Shown here one piece after another: positions 38,112 through 47,045 of a stretch of 64,000 nt of DNA (within the stretch, counting starts at the first letter, position 1; each line of letters opens with the position of its first letter). The stretch is taken from assembly GCA_963748295.1 (NCBI GenBank), contig CAVVIH010000001.1, positions 238,021 to 302,020 of the forward strand. Direction: 5' to 3'. The notes beneath the pieces are model-generated. The model searched no databases, was not told the origin of the DNA, and saw only the letters and a list, made by a program, of their open reading frames with translations. Origin of the DNA: an uncultured Acidobacteriota bacterium (GTDB lineage: Bacteria > Acidobacteriota > Vicinamibacteria > Vicinamibacterales > 2-12-FULL-66-21). The translations under genes and the position numbers were made by a program.

Positions 38112-40191
38112 ATGCAGTTCCGATGGGTTAACCGAACGTGGGCGGTCAGGATCCTGGCCCTCGCGTGCTTGACGGGGGTGATTGCCCCGCCGGCAGCGCA
38201 GGCCGAGAGCTACCGCAACCGCCAGCTCGAAAAGCAGCTCGAGCAGATCGAGAGGCAGGCGAAGGAGCAGGAGGACGCGCAGTACGGAAAGCGCGGACGG
38301 CTCCACGACCTGAAGTCGCTGCGCGAGAAGGGCCGGATTCGCGTCCTCGTGATGCTGAAGCCTGGCTCGGATGGCTCTCAGCTCGACGAAGCAGCTTGGC
38401 GGCCGCCTCGCCCGGGAGTTCCGCTTCTCGAACTTCGCGGCGCTCGATCTGCCGATGGGCCAGCTGAAGAAGCTCGCGCGTTACAGCGACGTTCTCTCCG
38501 TCCACCTGGATCGCGACATCGCCGGCGACATGACCCGCGAGATGAGCGCGATTGGCGCACGCTACGTCCAGGAGCAATACGGCTTCGACGGGAGGGGCGT
38601 GGGCGTCGCGGTGATCGACTCGGGGATCACCGGATGGCACGACGACCTGACCTATCAGGGCACTTCGGCCAAGGTGCGCGTGGTGAATGGCCAGCGCGTG
38701 GCGGCGTTCGTCGACTTCGTCGAAGGCACGACGACGCCGCATGACGACTTCGGCCACGGCACGCACGTCGCCGGCATCATTGCCGGCAACGGCTACGACT
38801 CGGACGGCGCGCGCGCCGGCGTCGCCCCCGCAGCGCACATCGTCAGCCTCCGCGTGCTCGACGATCAGGGCTTCGGCGTGATCAGCGACGTCATGGCGGC
38901 GCTCGAGTGGGCGGTAGCGAACAAGGCGGCGCACAACATCCGCGTCATCAACATGTCGGTGGGCGCGGGCGTGCACGAATCCTACAACACCGACCCGCTG
39001 ACGCTTGCGGCGAAGCACGCGGTGGAGTCGGGCATCGTCGTCGTCGCGGCCGCGGGCAACCTCGGCAAGACGAGCGACGGCAAGATCCTCTACGGCGGCA
39101 TCTGCGCGCCCGGCAACGCACCCTGGGTGCTGACGGTCGGCGCGTCGGACACGAAGGGCACGGCGACGCGATTCGACGACTCGGTCGCGCCGTACAGTTC
39201 GCGTGGGCCCTCGCTGATTGATCACGCCGCCAAGCCCGACGTCGTCGCGCCTGGCACCAGCATCGTTTCGCTTGCGGATCCGAACAGCCTGCTTTACACC
39301 GCACGGGCCGGATCCCTCGTTCGCGGCACGCACCCGATGGCGACCAAGCCTTACCTGTCGCTGACCGGCACGAGCATGGCGGCGCCGATGGTGTCGGGCA
39401 CGGTCGCGCTGATGCTGCAGGCGAACCCGACGCTCACGCCGAACCTCGTCAAGGCGGTGCTGCAGTTCACGGCGTTCGACAGCGGTGACGCAGATCCGCT
39501 GACCGAAGGCGCCGGCTTCCTGAACGCACGCGGTGCGGTCGACCTGGTGCGCTACTTCAAGACTGCGACGTACGGGTCGCGGTACCCGGTCTCGAGCAGC
39601 TGGAGCCAGCAGATTCTGTGGGGCAACTACCAGCTGAGCGGCGGCGTGCTGTCGCCGACCGCGAGCGCCTGGGGCCTCGACATCGTCTGGGGCACCGCAC
39701 TTGACCGCGAGGGCCGGAACATCGTCTGGGGCACGCTCTGCGACGACGACTGCGAAAACATCGTGTGGGGCACGGACATCGTGTGGGGCACGGACATCGT
39801 GTGGGGCACGAACATCGTCTGGGGCACCTACGGTGACGGCGAGAACATCGTCTGGGGCACCCTCGATGATCTGGGCAGCAGCCGCAACATCGTCTGGGGC
39901 ACGCTTTGCGAGGGCCGCAACTGCCGCGACATCGTCTGGGGCACCGACATCGTCTGGGGCACGGACATCGTCTGGGGCACCGACATCGTGTGGGGCACGG
40001 CGCTCGACCTCGAAGACGTGGTCTGGGGGACGATGGCCGATTTCGAGAACATCGTCTGGGGCACGAGCGGCGCCGACGAGGACGGACCGATGTATGACGA
40101 CCCGGAGGGGACCATAGGGATCTTCCCGCTCCTGCCGGATGAGGAAATCTCCATCAGCCTGACGCTGATGCCAGCCGGGGGAGGTCTCTAA
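38112..40191 (+). CDS. secreted S8 subtilisin-like protease with a C-terminal xIVWGT repeat array (frame break near 38370)
   Basis: MQFRWVNRTWAVRILALACLTGVIAPPAAQA (frame of ORF 38067..38744), then ORF 38371..40191: VAVIDSGI (Asp), HGTHVAGIIAG (His), GTSMAAPMVSGTVALM (Ser), followed by 15 xIVWGT units. Confidence 0.8.
39679..40064 (+). repeat. 15 (D/N)(I/V)VWGT hexapeptide units, some contiguous and some separated by 5-8 aa spacers
   Basis: DIVWGT ALDREGR NIVWGT LCDDDCE NIVWGT DIVWGT DIVWGT NIVWGT YGDGE NIVWGT LDDLGSSR NIVWGT LCEGRNCR DIVWGT DIVWGT DIVWGT DIVWGT ALDLE DVVWGT MADFE NIVWGT. Confidence 0.9.
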
Positions 40192-40859
40192 TGGAGAAGA
40201 TGCCTTTCCACGAGTCAGAACAAATCGGCGACGTGCACGCCGTGATGATGGCTGCGTCGACGGAGCAGGTGACGACGAGCGACTGGCGTCAGAAGCTGCC
40301 GGTGCTCACCGGGTCGATGGTCACGCTGCGCGAGCTGCGGCTGTCGGATGCGCCGTCGCTGCTGTCGATGCTCTCGACCGAGGAAGTGGCGCGATTCATC
40401 TCGCCGCCGCCGACGACGATCGAGGGGTTCGAGCGATTCATCGCCTGGACGCATCGTGAGCGGGCGGTCGGCGCGTATGTCTGCTTCGCGGTGGTTCCGC
40501 ACGGCATGGACACTGCCGTCGGGATCTTCCAGGTGCGTCAGCTCGATCCTGGATTCAGCACCGCCGAGTGGGGCTTCGCGATTGGATCCCCGTTCTGGGG
40601 CACGGGCGTGTTCGTCGACGGCGCGAAAATGGTGATCGACTTCACCTTCGAGGTCGTCGGGTCGCACCGGCTCGAAGCGCGTGCGGCGGTGGCCAACGGC
40701 CGCGGCAACGGCGCGCTGCGCAAGATGGGCGCGAGCCAGGAAGGGGTGCTGCGCAAGTCGTTCCTGAGGGATGGCGAGTATCTCGATCAGACCCTCTGGA
40801 CGATCGTCGAAGACGACTGGCGGCGGAACCGGACGCCCGGCACGCCGCGCGTCCACTGA
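40191..40859 (+). CDS. GNAT family N-acetyltransferase, paralog of 37352..38005
   Basis: The ATG shares one nucleotide with the subtilase TAA (TAATG), and GGGGGAGG lies 8 nt upstream. VTLRELRLSDAPSLLSML, EWGFAIGSPFWGTGVF, GSHRLEARAAVANGRGNGALRKMGASQEGVLRKSF. Colinear with the first GNAT. Confidence 0.8.
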   Translation: MEKMPFHESEQIGDVHAVMMAASTEQVTTSDWRQKLPVLTGSMVTLRELRLSDAPSLLSMLSTEEVARFISPPPTTIEGFERFIAWTHRERAVGAYVCFAVVPHGMDTAVGIFQVRQLDPGFSTAEWGFAIGSPFWGTGVFVDGAKMVIDFTFEVVGSHRLEARAAVANGRGNGALRKMGASQEGVLRKSFLRDGEYLDQTLWTIVEDDWRRNRTPGTPRVH

Positions 40860-40886
40860 CGCCTGGTCCATCGTTTGGGAGGAGAG

Positions 40887-40921
40887 GGGCCGAAGCAGTG
40901 AAAGCTGCTTCGGCCCTTTTT
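40887..40921 (+). terminator. rho-independent terminator
   Basis: 12-bp GC-rich stem GGGCCGAAGCAG / CTGCTTCGGCCC, 6-nt loop, then TTTTT. It lies 28 nt after the GNAT stop codon. Confidence 0.75.
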
Positions 40922-40944
40922 GCGTTCGTGTTAGTCTGCCTCCG

Positions 40945-41843
40945 ATGAACCTCGAGGCCGTTTTCCCGCCGATTCCCACTCCGTTCGCGGGCGACGACAT
41001 CGACGCGGCGGCGATCAGAGCCAACGTCGGCAGGCTGATGGAAACAGGCTCTCGGTGGAATCGTGGCGCTCGGCTCGAACGGCGAAGCGCCGTTGCTGGA
41101 CGAAACCGAATCGGATCGCGTGATTGCCGCGGCGCGCGAGGCGACGCCTTCGGAGCGCACGCTGATTGCCGGCACGGGACGCGAGTCCACGCAAGCCACC
41201 ATCGCCGCTTCGAAGCGGGCGGCGGCGCTCGGCGCTGACGCGGTGCTGGTTCGGACGCCGTCGTACTACAAGGGCGCGCATGACGTCCGATGCGTTCGTC
41301 GCCCATTACACGGCGGTGGCGGATCACTCGCCGGTGCCCGTGTTGATCTACAACTATCCCGCCGTGACCGGCGTCAACATCGCCGCGGCCGCGGTCGGCC
41401 GGCTGTCGCGGCATGCGAACATCGTCGGCATCAAGGAGACCGGCAGCGACACCGCCCAGGTTGCCGATTTCGTGGCGGCGTCGGCCGGGAGCTTCACGGT
41501 GATCGCCGGGTCCGCGCCGACGTTCTACTCGTCGCTGTGCGTCGGGGCGCGCGGCGCCATTCTGGCGGTCGCGTGCGTGCTGCCGGATATCTGTGTCGCG
41601 CTGCTGGAGCATTACCGCGCCGGCCGTCACGGCGAGGCACGCGAGCTGCAGCGGCGGCTGACGCCTCTCGCGAAGCTCGTGACGACTGTCCACGGCGTTC
41701 CCGGGCTCAAGGCTGCGCTCGATCTGGCTGGATACACTGGCGGGCTGCCGAGACCCCCGCTCGCGCCGTGTTCGCGGGAAGGCGTCGAGGAAATCCGCCG
41801 CGAGCTCGCAGCGGTGCAGTCCTTCGCGGCAGCTGGGCGATGA
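40945..41843 (+). CDS. DapA/N-acetylneuraminate-lyase family aldolase (two frame breaks, near 41050 and 41285)
   Basis: MNLEAVFPPIPTPFAGDDIDAAAIRANVGRLMETG, then IVALGSNGEAPLLDETESDRVIAAAREA...LIAGTGRESTQATIAASKRAAALGADAVLVRTPSYY, then FVAHYTAVADHSPVPVLIYNYPAVTGVNI...IVGIKETGSD. Confidence 0.7.
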
Positions 41844-42985
41844 CGATTCCCGAACGGCTCCTGCTCGGCCCCGGCCCAAGCCCCGTTTCCGCGCGCGTGT
41901 CGAACGCGCTGACGCAGCCGGTGCTCAGCCATCTCGATCCCGCGATGATGGCAATCCTGGACGACGTCCGTGCGCGTCTCGGGCGCGTGTTCGGCGCGTC
42001 GGACAAGGCGTTCAGCCTGGCCGTCTCGGGCACCGGCACCGCGGGCATGGAAGCGGCGGTCGCCAATCTCGTGTCGCCGGGAACGCACGCGGCGGTAATC
42101 GTCAACGGCTACTTCGGCGATCGGCTCGCACGCATGATCGGGTCGTACGGCGCCGACGTCATGCGCGTCGAGGGCGAGTGGGGCCGCGCCTGCGATCCGG
42201 CGGCGCTCGAGCGGACGCTGCGCGCGGCCGCGATCGATCTGGTGGGCGTCGTCCACGCGGAAACGTCGACCGGCGTGCTGAATCCGCTGCAGGATGTGTT
42301 GACGGTTGCTGGAAAGGTTGGCGCGCTGACCATCGTCGACGCGGTCACCTCGCTGGGCGCCATCCCGCTCCGCGCGCAGGAGTGGGGGGTGGATGCGTGC
42401 TATAGCTGCACACAAAAAGGACTCGGCGCGCCTTCCGGTCTCGCGCCTCTGACTTTCTCTCCACGCGCGAACGAGCGCCGCGTGGCATCGCGGAGCTTCT
42501 ATTTCGATCTGGCGCTGCTCGAAGACTATTGGCTGCGGCGCAAGTACCACCACACGATCTCGGCGCCGTTGATTTATGCGCTTCGCGAGGCGCTCGCCGT
42601 GGTCGAAGAGGAAGGTCTCGACGCGCGCTGGGATCGGCACCGCCGAAACCATCTGGCGCTGGTCGCGGGTCTCGAGGCGCTCGGTCTCGATCTCTTGCCG
42701 GCGCCGGGCGAACGGCTCTGGACGCTCAACGCGATCCGGGTGCCCGACGGCGTCGACGAAGCGGACGTTCGCCGGCGTCTGCTCGACAGCCACGGCATTG
42801 AAATAGGCGCGGGACTCGGGCCGCTGGCCGGACGCATCTGGCGCGTCGGCCTGATGGGCGCGGGATCCACCATCGAGAACGTCGAGCGATTTCTAACCGC
42901 GCTCGAAGCTGTGCTTACCGAAGCCGGGCTTCGACTCCCGCAACGCGGTGCCGCAAGCTCTGCGGCCCGGCACGCTATCAGTTGA
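41840..42985 (+). CDS. class V aminotransferase (alanine-glyoxylate / serine-pyruvate type)
   Basis: ATGA overlap with the upstream gene. LLLGPGPSPVSARV, AVSGTGTAGMEAAVANL, VVHAETSTGVLNPL, DAVTSLGAIPLRAQEWGVDACYSCTQKGLGAPSGLAP. Confidence 0.8.
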   Translation: MTIPERLLLGPGPSPVSARVSNALTQPVLSHLDPAMMAILDDVRARLGRVFGASDKAFSLAVSGTGTAGMEAAVANLVSPGTHAAVIVNGYFGDRLARMIGSYGADVMRVEGEWGRACDPAALERTLRAAAIDLVGVVHAETSTGVLNPLQDVLTVAGKVGALTIVDAVTSLGAIPLRAQEWGVDACYSCTQKGLGAPSGLAPLTFSPRANERRVASRSFYFDLALLEDYWLRRKYHHTISAPLIYALREALAVVEEEGLDARWDRHRRNHLALVAGLEALGLDLLPAPGERLWTLNAIRVPDGVDEADVRRRLLDSHGIEIGAGLGPLAGRIWRVGLMGAGSTIENVERFLTALEAVLTEAGLRLPQRGAASSAARHAIS

Positions 42986-43057
42986 ACTCCGCGGTACGCC
43001 GGTTGCACTGACCGTCATCTGAGCCGCGCCGCGCCACATGCGGACGGCGGAGGTGGA

Positions 43058-44527
43058 ATGATGACGCGTCAACCGCAGAACCGGCGGCTCTCACGGCGCG
43101 CGCTGCCACTGGTAATCCTTGCGACGGCCGCGGCGTGCGCCACGAACCCCGCCACCGGCAAGCGGGAGTTCTCGCTGATGAGCGAGGCGCAGGAAATCCA
43201 GATCGGCAAGGAGATGGACGTCGAGGTCCGGCGGCAGATGGGCCTTTACGAGGACGCCGCGCTGCAGCGGTATGTCGAGGAGGTCGGCATGCGGCTCGCC
43301 CGCGCGTCCGAGCGGCCGAACCTTCCCTGGCACTTTGCGGTGGTCGATGCGCCGGCGGTGAACGCGTTCGCGCTCCCGGGCGGCTACATCTATCTGACCC
43401 GCGGCATTCTTCCGTTCCTCGACAACGAGGCGGAGCTGGCCGGCGTGCTCGGCCACGAGGTCGGCCACGTCACCGCGCGTCACGCCGCGCAGCAATACAC
43501 GCAGGCCACCAGCGCAGGCGTGGGCCTGACCATCCTCAGTATCTTCGTGCCGGAAGCGAGACCGTTTCAGGGCCTTGCCGAGACTGCCTTCGGTGTTCTC
43601 TTTCTCAAGCACGGACGAGACGACGAGTTACAGGCGGACAAGCTGGGCGTCGGGTACACAGCACGCTCGGGCTGGGATCCCGGCGGCGTGGCGGGCATGC
43701 TCAACACGCTGTCGCGGCTCGACGAGGCGAGCGGAACCCGCAAGGGCGTGCCCAACTGGCTCTCGACGCATCCCGCACCAGCCGACCGCGTGCAGGAGAT
43801 CGAGCCGATCGTTCAGCAGGCGAAGGCGACTGTCGCGGGGACGCCGATCGTCGACGAACAGGAGTTCCTGCAGAGGATCGACGGGATCATCTACGGCGAC
43901 AGTCCGAAAGAAGGCTTCGTCAGGGGCAACCAGTTCCTGCATCCCGAGTTGCGGCTTGGCGTGACGTTTCCGCAAGGGTGGGAGATCGTCAACACGCAGG
44001 CGCAGGTGGGAGCAAGGAAGCCGGACGAGGACGTGTTCCTGATTCTTCAACTCGTTCCGAACGCGCAGGGCTCGTTGGAACAGGTGGCGCGCACGTCGAT
44101 GGCCAACGCAGGCTTCCGGCAGGTGAACGGCGAGCGCGGCGAGATCAACGGCCTCGAGGCATACATCGGCACGTACCAGGGCGCGGTGCAAGGGCTTGGC
44201 AACGTCGGCACCGTGGCTGCCCACATTCTTCACGATCGCCGCGTGTACCTCCTCGCCGGGCTCGCGCCGGTCAACGCGTTCCAGCGCACGCAGCAGGATT
44301 TCTCGCGCACGATGCGATCGTTTCGGCGCCTGAGCGCGAGCGAAGCCGCCGAGATCCGGCCGAACCGCGTCGATCTCATCACGGTTCGCGGCGGAGAAAC
44401 CTGGCAGGGCATTGCCGAGCGGACCGGCAACGTGGTCAAGCCGGCGACGCTGGCGATCATGAACAACTACGATCCGAGCCAGCCTCCACGGCCTGGCGAT
44501 CGGATCAAGGTGGTAGTGGAGGGATAG
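43058..44527 (+). CDS. M48 family metalloprotease lipoprotein (BepA-like) with a C-terminal LysM-like segment
   Basis: LVILATAAAC (lipobox-like), AVVDAPAVNAFALPGGYIYLTRG, LAGVLGHEVGHVTARH (HExxH), DDELQADKLGV. The C-terminal part reads VRGGETWQGIAERTG...PGDRIKVV. Confidence 0.75.
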   Translation: MMTRQPQNRRLSRRALPLVILATAAACATNPATGKREFSLMSEAQEIQIGKEMDVEVRRQMGLYEDAALQRYVEEVGMRLARASERPNLPWHFAVVDAPAVNAFALPGGYIYLTRGILPFLDNEAELAGVLGHEVGHVTARHAAQQYTQATSAGVGLTILSIFVPEARPFQGLAETAFGVLFLKHGRDDELQADKLGVGYTARSGWDPGGVAGMLNTLSRLDEASGTRKGVPNWLSTHPAPADRVQEIEPIVQQAKATVAGTPIVDEQEFLQRIDGIIYGDSPKEGFVRGNQFLHPELRLGVTFPQGWEIVNTQAQVGARKPDEDVFLILQLVPNAQGSLEQVARTSMANAGFRQVNGERGEINGLEAYIGTYQGAVQGLGNVGTVAAHILHDRRVYLLAGLAPVNAFQRTQQDFSRTMRSFRRLSASEAAEIRPNRVDLITVRGGETWQGIAERTGNVVKPATLAIMNNYDPSQPPRPGDRIKVVVEG

Positions 44528-44548
44528 GGCGCCCTTTATAATTGAGGC

Positions 44549-45406
44549 ATGAGCCGTGGGCGGGGACTCTGGCGCCACATCGGTCAGGGCGTGCTTGCGG
44601 TCCTCGCCGTCGCGTTCGGCTGCGCGGCGTACTTGTATCTGACCCTTCCCGACGTGCGTGTTCTGCGCACCGAGAATCCAGAGGAAACAGCATTCATGCG
44701 CTTGCGCGCCGAAGAGGCGCGGCAGGAAGGGCACCAGCCGAAGCGCATGTTCAAGTGGGCGCCATACAGCCGCATCTCCACGCACTTGAAGCGTGCGGTG
44801 CTGGTGGCCGAAGACAGCGCGTTCTGGGTGCACGACGGCGTCGACTACCAGCAGATCAAGGAGTCGATGGAAGTGAACCTGGAGCGGATGGAGTTCGCGC
44901 GCGGCGCGAGCACCATCACGCAGCAGCTGGCGAAGAACCTGTATTTGACGCCGTCGAAGAACCCGGTGCGCAAGGCGCGCGAGCTGGTGATCGCGCGGCG
45001 GCTGGAGGCGGAGCTGACCAAGCAGCGCATCCTCGAGCTGTACCTGAACGTGATCGAGTGGGGCGATGGCATCTTCGGCGCGGAAGCGGCGGCGCGCGCG
45101 CACTTCAAAAAATCCGCCGCGTCGCTCAGCGCCGACGAAGCCGCCATGCTGGCCGCCGCGATCATCAACCCGCGCGTGCTCGATCCGAGTCATCCGAGCG
45201 CGCGGCTGCGCAGGCGGCAGCAGATGATCCTGAGGCGGATGGGCGCCGTCACGCCGCCGCCCGTGGTGGTCGATGTGGGTTTACCCCTCTCCGACGAGCC
45301 TCCAGCGCTGCCGCCGCCGGAAGGCGCGCCGCTGGTCCTTCCCGGTCAGGTCGTTCCAGTCGACAAGCCTCCGATCCCGCCTGTCAAGCCCCCCGGCGGC
45401 CGATAA
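44549..45406 (+). CDS. mtgA: monofunctional peptidoglycan glycosyltransferase
   Basis: VAEDSAFWVHDGVDY, GASTITQQLAKNLYLTPSKN, RKARELVIARRLE, RILELYLNVIEWGDGIFGAEAAA. Confidence 0.8.
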   Translation: MSRGRGLWRHIGQGVLAVLAVAFGCAAYLYLTLPDVRVLRTENPEETAFMRLRAEEARQEGHQPKRMFKWAPYSRISTHLKRAVLVAEDSAFWVHDGVDYQQIKESMEVNLERMEFARGASTITQQLAKNLYLTPSKNPVRKARELVIARRLEAELTKQRILELYLNVIEWGDGIFGAEAAARAHFKKSAASLSADEAAMLAAAIINPRVLDPSHPSARLRRRQQMILRRMGAVTPPPVVVDVGLPLSDEPPALPPPEGAPLVLPGQVVPVDKPPIPPVKPPGGR

Positions 45407-45475
45407 CGGTTTTTGTCCGATCCTGACAATCCTGTAAACCGCTGTATCTCGACTATTAAGCGCCATTTGTTCACC

Positions 45476-45504
45476 TTGACACCGGTCTCGAGAGCCTCTA
45501 TAGT
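45476..45504 (+). promoter_or_regulatory. near-consensus sigma-70 promoter
   Basis: TTGACA (45476..45481), exact 17-nt spacer, TATAGT (45499..45504). It lies about 82 nt upstream of the ATG at 45587. Confidence 0.55.
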
Positions 45505-45586
45505 CGCCAGACACAGCATCACAAAGCTCCCTGATGCGACAAGGACGCGGCCGCCAGCCGTCTGTGCTGCGGTCGCGTGTGTCGGC

Positions 45587-46396
45587 ATGATCAACTACAC
45601 AGAGCGGATCTCGCTCCTGATGCAGGACATTGTCCGCAGGACACCCCTGCTGTCGTTCATTGATCTGTCCGAAGTTCTCGTCTTCGCGAGATTCGGCCGC
45701 TCAGATGCCGAGGGACCGTTCGCCACGTGCCATTGCCTGACGCTGCCGGAGAGCGAGCCCGGGTATTTCTTCTGGCGCGACCGCAACACCGGTGAGCTGA
45801 CACGCCGTTCCGAATGGTTCGTCACCAAGTCGCCGATCGTCCGAATCGGTCCGACCACGATCAAATACCTCATCTCGTTCGTGCTGCCGCGCTACACCGA
45901 TCAGAGTCTCGAGCGATCGCGAAAGGCGGAGTTCTATCCGGACGCGCCCGGCTGGATCGCGAAGCTCGACACGATCTTTCACGAGCTGTATCACATCGAT
46001 CCGGACGAGACAGGGATCCGCCGCTTCGTGCGCGCGGACGGCAGCGACTCGCTGCGCTCGCACGGCCCGCGCTTCTATGAAGAAGTGGCGCAGATGGTGA
46101 GCGACTACCTGGGGTCGAATCCGGATCCCGAACTGTTCGAGTTCCTCAAGGGCGATTTCTCGGAGCTCGACCGCCGATTCGGCGGCGTCTCTGCGACCAC
46201 GTTCCGCAACTTCCCGTCGTTCCCGCAGCGGTACATGGAACCGCTGGAAATGCCCACGCAGGATCTCACGGTCAGAGTGGAGCGCATCAAGCGGCTGTCG
46301 CAGCCGGCGATCTACACGGAGAAGGATCTGCACGTGCGGCAGTTCACCGACGCGAAGGCGCGGCGCCTCCCGCGCCGGCCTCACGTGGCCGCCTAG
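45587..46396 (+). CDS. hypothetical protein with an HExxH motif (possible metallopeptidase)
   Basis: Internal Met of ORF 45413..46396: MINYTERISLLMQDIVRR... It contains FHELYHIDPDE. No family that I can name with confidence. Confidence 0.5.
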   Translation: MINYTERISLLMQDIVRRTPLLSFIDLSEVLVFARFGRSDAEGPFATCHCLTLPESEPGYFFWRDRNTGELTRRSEWFVTKSPIVRIGPTTIKYLISFVLPRYTDQSLERSRKAEFYPDAPGWIAKLDTIFHELYHIDPDETGIRRFVRADGSDSLRSHGPRFYEEVAQMVSDYLGSNPDPELFEFLKGDFSELDRRFGGVSATTFRNFPSFPQRYMEPLEMPTQDLTVRVERIKRLSQPAIYTEKDLHVRQFTDAKARRLPRRPHVAA

Positions 46397-46926
46397 TATC
46401 GTTTCGCGCCCGCGAATCTCGGCGCCCAGTAACTCGATCCCAGACGCTCGACCCGTACTTCGCCCCGCGCGCTCGGCGCGTGCACGAATTCATCCCCGCC
46501 GATCGACATTCCGACGTGCGAGACGAACTCGCCTGCCGTCCGGAAGAACACCAGATCGCCCGGCGCCAGCTGTCCGGGATCCACGTTCACACCCTGCTCG
46601 AACTGCTGCGTAACGGTGCGCGGGACGTCGACACCATGCTGCGCGAACACGTACCAGACGAACCCGCTGCAGTCGAACCCTGAGGGGTCGGCGCCGCCGT
46701 TCCGGTAGGGCACGCCTCGAAGGCCGAGCGCGGTTCCCGCGATGGCGTAGCCGAGGCCTCCGCTGGTTCCCACGGGGTTGGGCGCCCGGGGCGGCGCGGG
46801 GGAGGCGGTCACCGGCGGATCGGGTGAGCCGCCCGGCCGCGGGAACGGTCGCGGGACCGCCCCCGTCGCGGCGCAGCCTGCCAGGAGGGCACAAGAGACG
46901 ACTGTTCCGAACCTGAACATTGCCAT
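46393..46926 (-). CDS. NlpC/P60 family peptidoglycan endopeptidase lipoprotein
   Basis: MAMFRFGTVVSCALLAGC (lipobox), GVPYRNGGADPSGFDCSGFVWYVF (catalytic Cys), GDLVFF...VSHVGMSIGGDEFVHAP (His). Confidence 0.8.
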   Translation of the reverse strand: MAMFRFGTVVSCALLAGCAATGAVPRPFPRPGGSPDPPVTASPAPPRAPNPVGTSGGLGYAIAGTALGLRGVPYRNGGADPSGFDCSGFVWYVFAQHGVDVPRTVTQQFEQGVNVDPGQLAPGDLVFFRTAGEFVSHVGMSIGGDEFVHAPSARGEVRVERLGSSYWAPRFAGAKRY

Positions 46927-47003
46927 GCTTATCGGTGCTGCGCCGGCGCCCCGCCACGCTTCCGCTAAGATACTGTAAACAATCCTGTTAGGGTGCCTTG
47001 ACC

Positions 47004-47032
47004 TTGACACCTCGTGCGGTATCGGGCAGAAT
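47004..47032 (+). promoter_or_regulatory. candidate sigma-70 promoter for the HNH gene
   Basis: TTGACA (47004..47009), 17-nt spacer, CAGAAT (47027..47032). This would give a very short leader before the ATG at 47046. Confidence 0.35.
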
Positions 47033-47045
47033 AACTCAGGCTTTT

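Noticed and set aside
45428-45448. Shared AATCCTGT / CTGTAAAC words upstream of the HExxH gene promoter (45428..45448) and the HNH gene promoter (46972..46988). These might be a CTGT direct-repeat operator.
   Set aside because: There are only two occurrences, with different spacing (CTGT-N6-CTGT against CTGT-N8-CTGT) and different distances to the -35 box. This is not enough to call a motif without a genome-wide search.
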